Part shown: positions 12,304 through 25,300 of the stretch, piece after piece
Numbering within the stretch: the first letter of the stretch is position 1
Layout of the letters: every line of letters begins with the position of its first letter
Assembly: GCA_047495785.1 (NCBI GenBank)
Contig: JBLDXI010000026.1
Span: forward strand, 868,001 to 932,000
DNA: 64,000 nucleotides
Origin: Lepidodermella squamata
Lineage: Eukaryota; Animalia; Gastrotricha
Direction of reading: 5' to 3'
Notes under the pieces: model-generated
Told to the model about the DNA's origin: nothing
Databases searched by the model: none
What the model saw: only the letters and a program-made list of their open reading frames with translations
Translations under genes and position numbers: made by a program

Positions 12304-13019
12304 AATAGTGGCAATTCAATTGCTATTCTCGAATTTTATTCAGGTATGTATGTCGTTTCATCTATTGTAGTCAGACTTTAAAATAAAAACTGTCGATAAA
12401 ATTGCTCTTTCTCACGTGTTTTCCGTCTAGGGAGATCGAGAAATCAAAAGCCAATACCATTCATATAGGTATTAGGGAATCCCTCAATTATTGATTTTTG
12501 ATTATCCGCAACTGATGAATCCCCAAAAGTAATAATCCACCCTGAAAAACGTAAAATCAACAGTGCATAAAAAAAATTCAACTTGATGTGATCAGTAGAC
12601 GTATTAGCATTAGTTACGATTTTAGTAAGATAAAATAATCTATATCAGTCAGCATTCGTTTTCCGCACGACTAACCTCTCTATTTAGCGATTTTCCAATA
12701 TCCGATGTTGTAAAATAGCTATTCAGCTTGTTATTAAAGTGATCGATTTTTTCACGTAAAATTGCCAATTTTAATTGTTATCCGTGTGCCAGCCAGCCTT
12801 AAATTTAGGCCTCCAGTGCTAACATTTCTTAAAATATCGTTTCTCAAGCATTACGACTTCCTTTCAAATGGGTCCAAATATTTGCACCACTAAAATTAAG
12901 GTTGCAGCACTAAATTTAAGCGTACTGGCACTACATGTTTCCCATTCTTTAAGATTTAGGCGCTTTCGTTTTTCGATCGCTACTGATGCCCTCCCTGAAC
13001 CTAGGATTTTTTATTTCAG

Positions 13020-13210
13020 CTTCCTGTCGCTCTAAGCTAATTAGAAATGTTATCGATGTTGGGTTCCAAGACGGCTGATACCGGGGAAATCACTGATTTG
13101 TAAAATCGATACTTGGAATCGATATCGGATCTATAGGATGAAGTATGATTCGTAAACTGACCGCTTATAGCGCAAAATACGTGTAATATGAGAGTCTATC
13201 GGCTATGCAT
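13020..13210. repeat. Dispersed repeat; reverse-complement copy at ~60970-61130
   Basis: atcgatatcggatctataggatgaagta...gtaaactgaccg matches the reverse complement of cggtcagtttac...tacttcatcctacagagccgatatcgat. Confidence 0.7.
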
Positions 13211-13588
13211 GATACCAAAAAAATTGAGACTCTAGCGAAGACTGGAAACTCGAAACCCCATATTTAGGGGAAATTTAGTGCTGGAAACCTACATTGAGGG
13301 CGCGCACTTGGCACATCCCTTTGAAATCTCTTATGTCGATTTCCTGTATGCATTTTAAACATCCGCGATCTATCCTTTTTCGGCAGCTAGTCTTGGGAGC
13401 TAAGATATTGAATATTGAATTCTCCAAATATCAGGAGGGTACCAGGTGGCTGAAATATAAGGAATCCCAGGATTATCGGAAACAGGATCATTGATCGTCA
13501 ACAATCGAGAAAATTGAGTCCTATAATAGTGCAAAAATCTTATTATTTTTTCCCCAACTATAGGGTATGGTTTCATGGATGATGGAAA

Positions 13589-15048
13589 ATGGAAAATGAT
13601 ACCTCATACTTCGTTAACTTATGCGATGCGCCGAAGCGTGAGGATTCTATCCTCGCAATAGCGACATTGGGCTACCTGTTACCAATCGGTCACTGTGTCG
13701 GGATCGCCCTAAATGCAGTCAATTTCGTTGTTCTAAACAATTCAAAGGTGTTCAAATCGCCGACGTACGTCTACTTGAAGCTCCTGGCTGTGTTACATGC
13801 TCTATCACTTTTCGGCCAATTCTTACTGGTTTTAATCACTTTCCACCCGGAATCGGTGTCATTATTATCGCCGGCAATCTACTACGCCACGTGGCCGCTG
13901 ATAAGCTGGTCCTGTACGCAATCGGTCGTTTTCTCCGTCGCTTATACCGTTGATCGGTATTTTTTCGTAACAACGAACAAAACTTCCCTACATGACGTGA
14001 ACACCCTGGCAACGAAACGGCGGAGAGCTGGCCGCATTTGTGCGGCTATTATGGTTGTAGTCACGCTGCCCAACTTACCTCGCCTCATTTTCGGCCCAAG
14101 AGTCATATCAAGGTGTACGAATTATCGATTTGAGAGCGATTTCGATTTCTACTTTTTCATCTACACTGTCATTCGGTTTTTAATATACAATATAGGTGAG
14201 TGAATCCTGAACTTTCACATTTAAACTGCAGGAATTTGACAGTTCCGCTATTTTCAAAAAAATTCCGGTATAGGGTGCCTACAACCTCAGGGTGTCTAAA
14301 AAAGGCAAACTCGGTTTAAAAATTGCATTTGTAGATAGATCTCACCATGATGATTAATTAATCCTTTGAGAGCGGCTTCCTAACTATTATTGTTATTGAG
14401 ATGATCGCTCAGGTGTGACAACAGGTAATAGGTCACGTGACCAACTTGACACTGGAATATCTCCGCAACCGTAGAGGGTAAAAATATGGGGTTTTCACAG
14501 TTTTGTTCCCCGATTTTTTCTCTTTCATAGGAAAAGCAATATGAAAGTTTTCAAACATATTATGGGGTTTTTATTAAATTTTTCAAACATTTAAAATACA
14601 TTTTTATGAATTTTTCCAAGGCTGTCTCGCAATCCTCATTATTTTCAACCTTCTCCTGATTCTGGCTGTTCGGAAAGCCAAGTTTAAAAATTCGGTTAAA
14701 AAACATCGATCACTCAGCTTCACCGTCATTGCTTCAACGTTCATAACAATTTTCGCTGAATTTCATGTTTGTCACTTTTATTCCCGTGAAACGTTTTCAA
14801 TAAATTGCCTTATTTTTTTCAAGATTGCCCTGTTCAACCCGATCAGCGAGCTTATGATATGGGACCGTCTCGGCCTGTTGACTAGCAGTTTTCAGCGAAT
14901 TGCCAAATACTCGTTGTTGCTGGTTCTGTTTGTCGAGTACAGCGCCAATTTTCTAATATTCTTCATCGGAAATAAAAAGTTTCGTGGGACCCTGACCGAT
15001 CGCTGGGTGAGGGCGAATGCCTCTAAACGAAACAATCAAATCGAATAA
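13589..15048 (+). CDS. Rhodopsin-class 7TM GPCR, paralog 4 (exons 13589-14195, 14621-14766, 14824-15048)
   Basis: SPTYVYL, YTVDRY, EYSANFLIF; conserved intron positions. Confidence 0.9.
14268..14530 (+). repeat. Dispersed repeat family (other copies ~33140-33320 reverse, ~49443-49850; distant similarity to 60-160 reverse)
   Basis: Shared core caggtgtgacaacaggtaa..ggtcacgtgaccaacttgacactggaatatct, and shared start tagggtg.ctacaacc.cagggtgtctaaaa with the 49.4 kb copy. Confidence 0.85.
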
Positions 15049-16660
15049 TTTGTTTCATTTCAAAGTACTACTTGATCTCTCCTTCCTGAAGAATAAAATA
15101 GAAAGGCAATTCGTGATTAAGGTTTGAAAAATTCGATTCGTAACAACTTTTACGGCATTCGATCTCACCTCGATTTATTTTAATTAGATTCAATTTTTTT
15201 AATCGCACGGGAAAGCCCTGCTGCTATTGATCAGACTGTGATGATTTTCAGCGCTTTCAATCATAATTAAAAGAGAGGCATTATTGAATCATGAGAGGCA
15301 GGTCGCAAATTTCAAAAAAATTGGCAAAGAATTATTAGCTCCTAAACAAACAGTCTTATGACATAAATGATTGAGTTTCTTAATCTCGATAGCGAAGTAC
15401 TCATCGAAGCGGAAAAATCGATTTCTTAAAAAACTCGATGAACTAACGTGCTGATTTTCGACAACATTACTTTTTCGTAAATCGCCGAAAATACAAAGAA
15501 TTTGAGAGCTTTTTAATAATTATACCTGTAATGGCCGGATAGATTACTATTTTTTAAGATTATCTTTTCAGCGGAACTAAATTAAGCGGTCAAATTTGAA
15601 ACTTGGCCGAGAACTTGTCGTTTTTTAATGAACGCAAATTAAAGCATTTAATTAAAAGAAATTGTTTGTTCATTCATTCATTTGTTCGTTCATTTAATTT
15701 GTTTGGAATAATTTTCCAGTAATTCATGGACAATTATATCAAATAAGATCTCTAAAATCAGGGCATTATCTTCGGTCGTTCGCATTAGCGTGCTCTGCAT
15801 TGAAAATGACCATATAAAACTGCTAAAAATTCCCCACTCAATCAATGTACCAGGTCGAAATGTCAATTATCGTCTCAGCCTGCCGCTTTTCGAACTCTTA
15901 AATCGGGGGCCTGTAAATTAAAAAGATGTTGGCAACGTTAACAGCGCGTCCTCCTATTAAGATCGGGATTAATTGTCAGGATTATAGGATCCCGAGTTAG
16001 CATCACAGCGGATGCTGAGCTACGATCAGGGTTGGTTTAAAATTGCACATAGTGTATCTTAAACTCGTTTTTTGGCAATTGAATTGCCCGCTTTTTAGAA
16101 CGCCCAACACGTCCGTATTAGCCTGTGACCTCATTTAATTATCAAAACGTCCGCTCTATGAAGTAGGAAGTGTACAGTTTTCTTATAATCAAATGTTCAA
16201 TGAAAGTTGATTAAAATGTTTGAACTTGAATTTTTACATAAATTCCATTAATTAGGGCGTTAATTCGTGGGGTTTTGAATAGTTAGAATGTTCCTGCATT
16301 CATCTTGACCGTCATGGCCCGAAAACTAAATAGCTCTGACATATCCCCTAAATCGACTAATGAACCCAGCGAGACGCTCATGTCACAGTTCATTAGGCAA
16401 TTTTTTTTAATAACTGTTGAACTAGAATTCAGCAAACGCGCCTAGTTTTTGAAGCAATTTCGTCATTATATCCTACATCCTAATTTTTGCCTAATTTTTG
16501 CAGCCTAATTGCATCTTTTTTGCATTTTTCCATCCTAATTTTTGCATGTTGCCCGTAAACCAGTAGTCGTGTTAAAAGGTAATTGAAAGAATCGGACTAC
16601 GGATTGGAAAAAAAATTTCGCATTGAAAATAACTTTTTATTTTTTAGATTATAATTTCGG

Positions 16661-18244
16661 ATGGAAGGCGGCTGGAATAACACAACTTTGGTGAATTCAA
16701 CCCAAATAGCGTACGGGAATGGCCCTACTCCAACGATTATAACTATCGGATTGGGCTACATCTTGCCATGCGGCCATTTAATCGGAATTATTTTAAACGC
16801 AATCAATTACGCAATTCTTCGAAATGCAAACATTTTCCGATCACCAACTTACGTCTACCTGAAATTTCTCGCCGTTCTCCACATGTTAACGCTATTCGGT
16901 CAAATCCTGTTCGTCTTAACTTCGTTTCATTTGAAAAACACCTTGCCAGCGATATCGATGGCTATTTTTTTTATCAGCTGGCCGATTTCGAGCTGATCCT
17001 GTACTCAATCCGTTGTTTTCACCGTCGCCTACACGGTTGAGCGGTTTTATTTCGTGACGAAAAACACGTTTTCGCGCCACGATATCGGCGCCATGAAGCT
17101 GAGGCAACGGCAGGCGCATCGCGTATGTTACTCGCTGATGGCAGTGGTCACCTTGCTCAACCTTCCGAGGATGATTTTCGGCCCGAAGCCACCTTCAAGC
17201 AATAACGACGGGCTTAAAAATAGCCTCGACATCTTTTTCATCTGCTACTCGATATTTCGATTCGTTGTCTTTAATTTAGGTAATTTTTTGAAAATTTACA
17301 TAATTTTCGTCGATTTATTTGCTTATTTCAAAGGTTGTCTTTCGGCGCTCATCATTTTTAATTGCAAGCTGATCGCCGCCATTTACCGCTCTGGGGCATC
17401 GTTCAAATCAACGGATAAAACGGCGAATAATCGTTCGCTTAGCCTTGTCGTAGTTGCTGCGACATTCAATACAATTCTCGTGGAAACTCCGGTAGATTTT
17501 TTAGAGGTCCTAGGAAAATTCAAATTTACCTATTTTCGAAATTAAACAAAAATCAGGAAGAATTTTCAGAATTAATAAAATATTTCAAAATTTTCTGTAA
17601 ATTTTTTCATGATTTCGCGAGATCCCGCGACCTCTTATCGGTAAGATATCTTTTGACGCAAGAGCCGAATTCTTTAAAGAGGAACGAAATTTCAATAATT
17701 TCTCAAGTCATAAATACGCCATGTTCCATGTTCTCATGCGATGTACAGCCATTATAAAATAGATAACATAACATTTATTCAGAAATTTTTCAATTTTTTC
17801 AATAAATTTTTCAAAATTATTCACGAAAATCTGAAAAATAAAGTATTGCATCCAAAATTTGGTTCCTATATTGGGTTCGATAAAAGACGGGGCGAAGCCA
17901 TTCGATTAATATTTTGTTTAATAATTATATTTTTTTAATTATAGCTGGCTTTTTTCAACCCTATAACCGAGATGCTGATATGGAATCGGTTTGGTTTGCT
18001 GAGCCCGGCTTTTTTCAAAACCATTCGCAACGCGATGATGCTGTTGATTTTCTTTGAATACAGCGCGAATTTCGTGATTTATTACATTGGGAACCACAAA
18101 TTTCGCAGAATGCTGATGACCTACATGCCCGGGAAATTGCGGCGGCGGTCGAGCCATAGTACGGACAATCAAACTGCGTCGTCGGGAGAATATCGAAACA
18201 ATATCATGTTGGTGTCAAGTGGTGCCTCGGAGCCTCACAGCTGA
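16661..18244 (+). pseudogene. Rhodopsin-class GPCR, paralog 5, with an in-frame TGA at 16994-16996 replacing a conserved Trp (exons 16661-17279, 17334-17491, 17945-18244)
   Basis: WPISS*SCTQS versus WPLSSWSCTQS in paralog 3; the rest of the frame and the splice sites are intact. Confidence 0.8.
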
Positions 18245-18734
18245 AGCCAGTGATGGCATCCAGTGCTGGGGATTTTACTTCAGCCCTTTTCGGCTGATAT
18301 TTATTTGATTTTCGGGATTTTGGTTTGAAAGAATAAAGATTTGATTGGCTCAAAAAGCATGATTTCAGCGATTTCAAAATCAAATGCGGCAATAAACATC
18401 GTGGAAAAAATCAATTACCTATATAGATTTCGAGTAGTAAATCCCTTGGACATGTTTTCCTCGAATCTTTTAGCGTTTGAACCTAGTAAACGTGATTCCC
18501 GAGATTTTGGGATTTAATTTTGGAAAATGAAATTATATATATATAGATTTGAAGGTGTCGATTTTGTTTCCCCGGATTCGATTCCATTTCTGGCTGCTGA
18601 TTTTTGGAATCGAAAACCCTCGAAAACCCAAAAATCACTCCTCTGGGCGGTCTTAGACACCAAAATGAAGCTGGCATTTAGTAGGTAACCATTGAGGTTA
18701 GATCAGTGAATTTTCGAGAGGTAAATTACACGCA

Positions 18735-18880
18735 TTTTGGTGGTGCAATTTTGAAAACTCGTCAGTAAACCTTTTACAGCAGGTATAATTTTGACAACTC
18801 AAAAAACTAACTTGAAAGACTTCTTAATCGATTATAAAACGTTACTTCGTTAAAGCCTGTGTCATGTAGATGATTTAAAA
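18735..18880. repeat. Dispersed repeat; reverse-complement copy at ~62620-62762
   Basis: ggtgcaattttgaaaact.gtcagta...tttgacaactcaaaaaacta.cttgaaagact shared. Confidence 0.75.
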
Positions 18881-19372
18881 AAAATTCCCGAAATCCTAGC
18901 TCTGTTCGGTTATTTTCGGGGAAGTTTCGAATCAATACCTTGAAAGCAGCGTTTTAATACAAACAAATTCAAAATCAAATAAACAAATATCAATTTTCAT
19001 GGCGCACAGGATGAAACACTCTACTGACGCTAGATCAAGTTGACAAAGGGGTATTACCGGTTCGAAAACCTCAAAAATGAACGATTCAAGAGAAATTAAT
19101 TTTTGAAATTTTCAAAATTAAATATTATATCACAGAAAGAATCACGGCAAATCATAAAAAAATTAGCAGAATTTTCAAATTCAAGATAAATCAGAAACCA
19201 CACGAATCAGTTAAAAAGTTGAAAAGCTAGATTAAAATAAGTTAAATAAAAGTTAAATTAAGTTAAATAAGTTAAATTAAAATAATATACAGCAATCGAT
19301 TTTCGAATCAGAATAAACAGCCCTTATGTAGCTTCATCGTTTTCATGTCGATGAATTCTCGCATGCTGTTAC

Positions 19373-22300
19373 TTAGCTTGATGCTAGTTCTATTTCGCAG
19401 ATTGGATAGGCGTTGCCTGCGCAATCTTGGTCGTACCATTCCGTGGAATACTGGTTATTCTCGTAGCCGAAAAACATGCAAAGCAGTGTTGAATATTGTG
19501 GGTTGTTTGACGGTAAGGGCCTTCCCGGTGCGTAATTCGTAAATGTTACCGGTGTCCCGTTGTCCCATTTTGGATATTGGCCAGTTGCATTGTTACGCAA
19601 CGATAGCCCCAAGTGGTAACCCTTTTCGCCACCTTGCCATTTTCCTGTTTCAAAAGGTGTAATTTGAATGGGACTCTATAAAGCATTGACAGCTTACTTC
19701 CAAGGTGCAATGTTATGCTTGTGATGTAATGCTGCTCAGCCTCACTCTCTATTGTAAGTAGGTGAGAATTGGTTTTCTGGCAGATATCGGTGACCTCGGC
19801 TCGGTTTCTAGCCATTCTATAGATTATGTAGCAGCTGCCCTGGAAATAATACGGACACCCTGTGAAAATCAACAACATTGCGCTCTTGTTATTCTCCGCG
19901 GTTTGACATACAATCTTGCATGTCTAGGCTGCAGATCGCACTTGCATTCGTGTCGAAGCGTTCGGTCGTCCATTTGTAGGAATCATTGCTCAAAGTAATG
20001 GCTGCGTAAGGCATGTACGGATCTGTGAACACCTGACCAGTTGCCCAGTCGGATTCGGCTGGATTCGTCCGAATTTAAATTTAACTCAATCATTAAGGCA
20101 GCTAACTCACCACACATTGGTAATGTGTCGCAATATTCAGCTTTGGTTTTATTATCATCCCGCATGCAGAACGGGCCGTTCGGCATCAAAGCGGGGTCCG
20201 GATTCCGACAGTAAGAATGCTTGACGTGCTGCTCAGGGAATCTGTATTGCATTTGGCTGTAGGTTGTAGCGTCCCACCTGGCACATAAGGCACCACTTGC
20301 TGTCTTTGACAGTTGACCGTTATACTCGCGACCCGAGGGGGTGAATCGGCAATCTTGGGGATATGACTGACTAATGGCTGTGAGGAATAAAAGTGGAGAC
20401 AACGAAATGATTTGATAACAAAAATTGTGAACTCACGGATTTCGCAAGTTGGTATGAATGTATCGTTAGAAACTATATCGCTGTAAGAACTCACGCCTAT
20501 CCCTGCAAGCCATTCAGTATTACCGCGACTGGGCCTTTACCATTTACAGGGTGTTCAAAAAATAATAGCCAGGCTATTTTTAGCGTTGGACTTAAGCCAG
20601 ACGACACGCGACTTATCTAACACTTAAGACGCGCGTCGTAGCGGCGTGTTTATTTTGTAAAAGCGGGAACTTCTGTTTTGACCTTGCTTTTTCATTCGCA
20701 CCTCAAAACCAAAAATTGAAAAAAATCGTCGAGGAAATAGCATCTATTTCATAGCTGAGTAAAATGGCAAAGCACCAAATGAAAGTTGGATTTGAATGAA
20801 TTTTGGAATGATATGAATTTCGTCAGATTAAAAAGTATTCAAAAACCGAATTGAGAGATATTTTTTCCATTTTTTCTATTTTCCGTCTATTTCGACACGC
20901 GATACTGAAAACTGAAATCAGAGTTGGTGGTAGATGTGCACCGAATTATGTGCAAAACTAACTTGAGCAAAGGTTGAGATGTGAAAACTTATTTGTGCAA
21001 GCAAATGTGCAAATTCGACTTGTGCAAAGACGTTAGTTGTGCAAGGAAAAGATGCGCGCACCCGAGTCACCCGGATTTGGAATTGCCCGTGACATTAGAT
21101 TTGCGAATAATAGGATAAAAAGGTGTGACACCATGATGCCACGCTGGCAAAGTTTTGGTCTAGCTTTTCATCATCAACGACCATTTATTAATTTTATCTT
21201 TCTCCCCCGTGCTAGCGCTAAAAGCAAGGTAAACAAGGGCGGTGTAAAACAGCAGGCGCCTATCTCGACAGCTAATACTGTTGACTGTTAAGGGGTGTCC
21301 ATTCCTTCGCCATAGAAGCGTGGTAGGTCCCTAAAAGTACCGGCCAGAGCCAGATATTCTAGTAGGCAAACAAGGCTTTATAGCCCCGCGATTTAAGGGG
21401 GAAGCCTTATGCCAAAAAGGCGCCCATGTTTTCCGACTACCGTGGGAAAATGGAAATTACAAAGTTGGAAAGTGGGTAGACCGGCCGGTAAATTGACCGG
21501 TTGTCGGGTGGGGTTGGGTCGGCTTCACCGGTTCACCGGTAAACTGTGGAAAATATCAGCAGAAATTAATCTGATAAAGAGATTCCCACAAAATTCTTCA
21601 AAATTAAACTCTTCTTAAACAATCCAAATCAATTTGATTTGCACTTTCATCTCGGATTGTAGCTTGTCAAGACTCAAACTGTGCGAATTTTCCTATTTTT
21701 TCTTCTGGGCGGCAATTTTTGTATGAAGTAGATTTTTGAAAATGAGCGGTAGTATGCTTGTTCTTGAATTAATCCTGAAACCGGCATAAACAGAAAAACA
21801 TAAAAATCTTTATTAGCAGTGCGCGAAGTATTTTTCGACCTTTGTTGAAACTTCGCTTGCACTTGTCTACTTTTCAGTACTGTTTAAAATTCGCTGAACT
21901 TATTCGAAGCCATTTCGGCTAAGGTATTCGGAAGAAAGGGAATATTAATGTCAATAAAGCAGTCCGATGGCCATTTGGTGTTAAATATCAAATAGCTAAC
22001 GCAAGTAAGATTTGCGCAATTTAACTTTTGCACAAGTAAAAATTGCACAACTTGATTTTTCGAGTTGCGCAATGATTATTTGCACATCTCTACCTTTGCG
22101 CAAATTGGGTGCACACAAGTACGATTGCACATCTACCGTTCTTCGTGAAATCGGTGGGTTGAGTTGGGCTAAATAGTTCAGGGTCCAGCTTGATAACTTG
22201 CTCGCGTGTCGTCTGGCTAAAGTCCAACGCTAAAAATAGCCTGGCTATTATTTCTTGAACACCCTGTATAATTATAGTGAAGTGAATTATCTCAATGTAT

Positions 22301-25300
22301 TATCCCAATCAGGTTTTATTCAACGGCGAATACTCATCGGCGATTAAAAAATAATTTTTTAATCTACTTTAAGGCGGAACGACATCTGCGTCTATTTCGT
22401 CATAGTATGCCACTTGACATGAAAATGATGGTATGAAATGTTTCATGAAAAATTGACGTGAAGTCAGGAACACCCCAAACTTCAGATTACAAGGATATGA
22501 CCTGACATTTTGCTTTTTGCTTTCTGAGTCGCAAGTTAGAAGGTTATATGTAAAACCAGAAAAAACCTTAACGTGGGTTATAACGAATCGTGTTTTGTGA
22601 ATCGGAATGTGAAATCCCCTGAATATCCTAATTCACCGATTTTTCAAAATTTATTCGAATGTATTCGAACCGAAAGGTGATAGTTTTTTGGTGAACGCCA
22701 AACTTACGGTGTGCTATCCCATGACCACAGCTCATAAGCCGGTGAAGAAGACAGGTTCAGCTTGTTGATCTGAGATACAAACTCAGGCGGATGAGGATAT
22801 GTGGCTGGGTTGATCGCGGCGTAATCCAATACGGTATCTTGCTTTGAATATTTGAGTCGCAGCCACTTATATATCACCTCCTGGATAAGCCTTCGTTTCT
22901 GTGGACTATGGATCGGTAGAGTCGTAGTTCCGCCCATTTCTGAACACCTAGTGGCGTGCTGGGAAGCAACCACCAACTCCGCGGTTGCAAAGATCAAACA
23001 AGTGTCCTGATATCTGACGCCGTATGGACATGGGCCTTTGTCAATGTCTGTTGGGTAGTATAAAAAACTTGGAGCGCTGGTGGCCGGACCTGTCAACTGT
23101 GCACTGTAGAACGTGCAGCATCTGCCCCCGGTTGGGGGATTGTATTGGTACTCATAGACCACGCATCTACCGCGCTTGCTCTTGCACAAATCCGCGCAAT
23201 TTGGTTGCGACATGAAGTTGCTAGTCGTTCCGTCATAGCAATCGAAAGTGACCGTGATAGAGTTGTCGCCATTGAAATTGAAGCCGGATCGCACAGATGG
23301 TGGCCGAGCTTTGTGGATTTTGTCGTAAACCCAGCCATCCGGTTCGGCGGCATCTTGGCCTCCTGGGGCGTTGCACAATGCTTGTTTCAGATAGCAGGAT
23401 TTCATTTTCCTGATGAATACAAACCCGACGCACTGATTGCGGTAGACGCGGTCGCACTTGTTGGCACACTCCTGAGCGTTCCTGACGTTAGTTAACATGA
23501 TGATATCATTGCCGTAGCAGTTGCCCTGTCGCTTTATGTAGCCTTTAACCTCTTGAATCGGCCGTGGCCAAACGTTTGCGGAGAAAGAAGCGTAGCCAGT
23601 CCACCATTTCGTCAAATTAGGAGTAGCGTTTTGCCGGAGAATCTGGAAAACGATTGGAAAAGACTTGAGACTTGATATCCCATTTTATGTAGGGATGTAA
23701 CGAAATCGGGTATCCAGGCCGAAACGAAAACCGAAATTTTTGAATCATGGTTTCGGTAACCGAAACGAAATTGCATTTCAGATGCCGAAATCCGAAAAAA
23801 TCCGAAACGAAAAATACGAAATTTTTAACGAAAATTTACGAATTTCCGCCGAAATTTTACGAATTTTTTACCGAAATTAACGAATTATCTTACCGAAATT
23901 GATGGTTAAACTGATTTTTGTCAGGTTATAGTCATCAGGTATATAGTCATTACTATAGCTGCTAGCCGCCAACAGTCATTGCAAGGGGCTTCTAACTGGC
24001 TCATTTGTTTGGCATTAGTGCGCGTTGAGGGCGGCTAAATGACACTGACTGATTGGTCCGCTAACAGCTAGTGCTGACTTAAGGGGACTTATTGGCTTTT
24101 AATTCAACTCGCACTGTGATTGGTTGAAAGACACGGGCGCGACAATGTTAGCGTGCGCAGACGCAAGTCTATTGGTTGCATAACAGGTGCCGAGCGAGTG
24201 CGCTGCGCGGACTAATGCCACACTCAACAGCGCAATAATGCTGCTGCTATAAGTAGCTACTGCTGTGTACTGTCGTCCGACTCCTAGGCGTACCCCCTAG
24301 GCCCTGTTGTCCGATTTTCGAGACCCCCCATCCCCTCCCTCGCGGACGTCGTTTGTGAACGACCCCAAAACAGAAATAAAAAATTTCAAAATATAATTGA
24401 AATTTCGGCTAATTTTTAGAGCTAACCGAAACGAAAACCGAAATTTGTGAATCATGGTTTCGGTAACCGAAACGAAATTTCGTTTCTGATTTCGGCCGAA
24501 ATTTTCGGTTATCCGAATTTCTGTTACATCCCTAATTTTATGCACTACTTTACTATTTCACACTCCTAAATGGAACTAATTTTCAGCTACCACCGATAAA
24601 TAAATCCGGTCTTATCCCAGTACCCTTTTCTGTCCTAACTGAATGTGTCCTGCAATTATATGTTGCTTTCCTTAAAATTGTCGAGCTGCCATCTTCTGGG
24701 CATAATAGCTTTAAAATAAATAAATAAATAAATTGAGCCAGACAATATAATCGACAATTTCAGGCCGAGACTATGCGTACATACTGGGACTATTGAGATG
24801 TACCTCCAGTAAAAATATCACGTCAGAAAACGTCACAGGTAGCGAGAACAAGCCCCTTGACTACTGTTGTTATGATTTGGCGTGGGTTTCAGTTTTTGAA
24901 TTTTACAGCCTCTTTAGGAAAAAAATCACAAGAATCAAAGTTTCTTTGCTCTTGATGCTCTATCCGAAAAAACATATTTTGGGCGGTTTTATACATTGGT
25001 TTAGTCGTCGGTCGAATTGACGTGGAATTAGCCACAAAGAAATACAACAGCGCACATATCAATGACCTCCCTCCTTCACCTCATTTTAATATACCGTCAC
25101 CCAGGGATATCTAACCGGAGGTTATTCAAGTTGTAGCTACTGTATTATTATTGATTATCAGCAAAGCTGCCAAGTAGCGCTAACCTGGTAAAGTTTCTGC
25201 CGCTGTTGCACGTTTTGAAAAGTTACCAGCTCCGACTGAAAGTTTTCATCGCAAACCTTCCACGAATACTGACGCCAGAGTGTTTCATTTTGTAACAGAT

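Noticed and set aside
16994-16996. Alternative genetic code (TGA=Trp) or selenocysteine
   Set aside because: Trp is TGG elsewhere, TGA terminates several genes here, and the aligned residue is Trp rather than Cys.
25060-25140. Extra exon of the mosaic gene
   Set aside because: Candidate acceptors hit stops; 25185 joins 23642 directly in phase.
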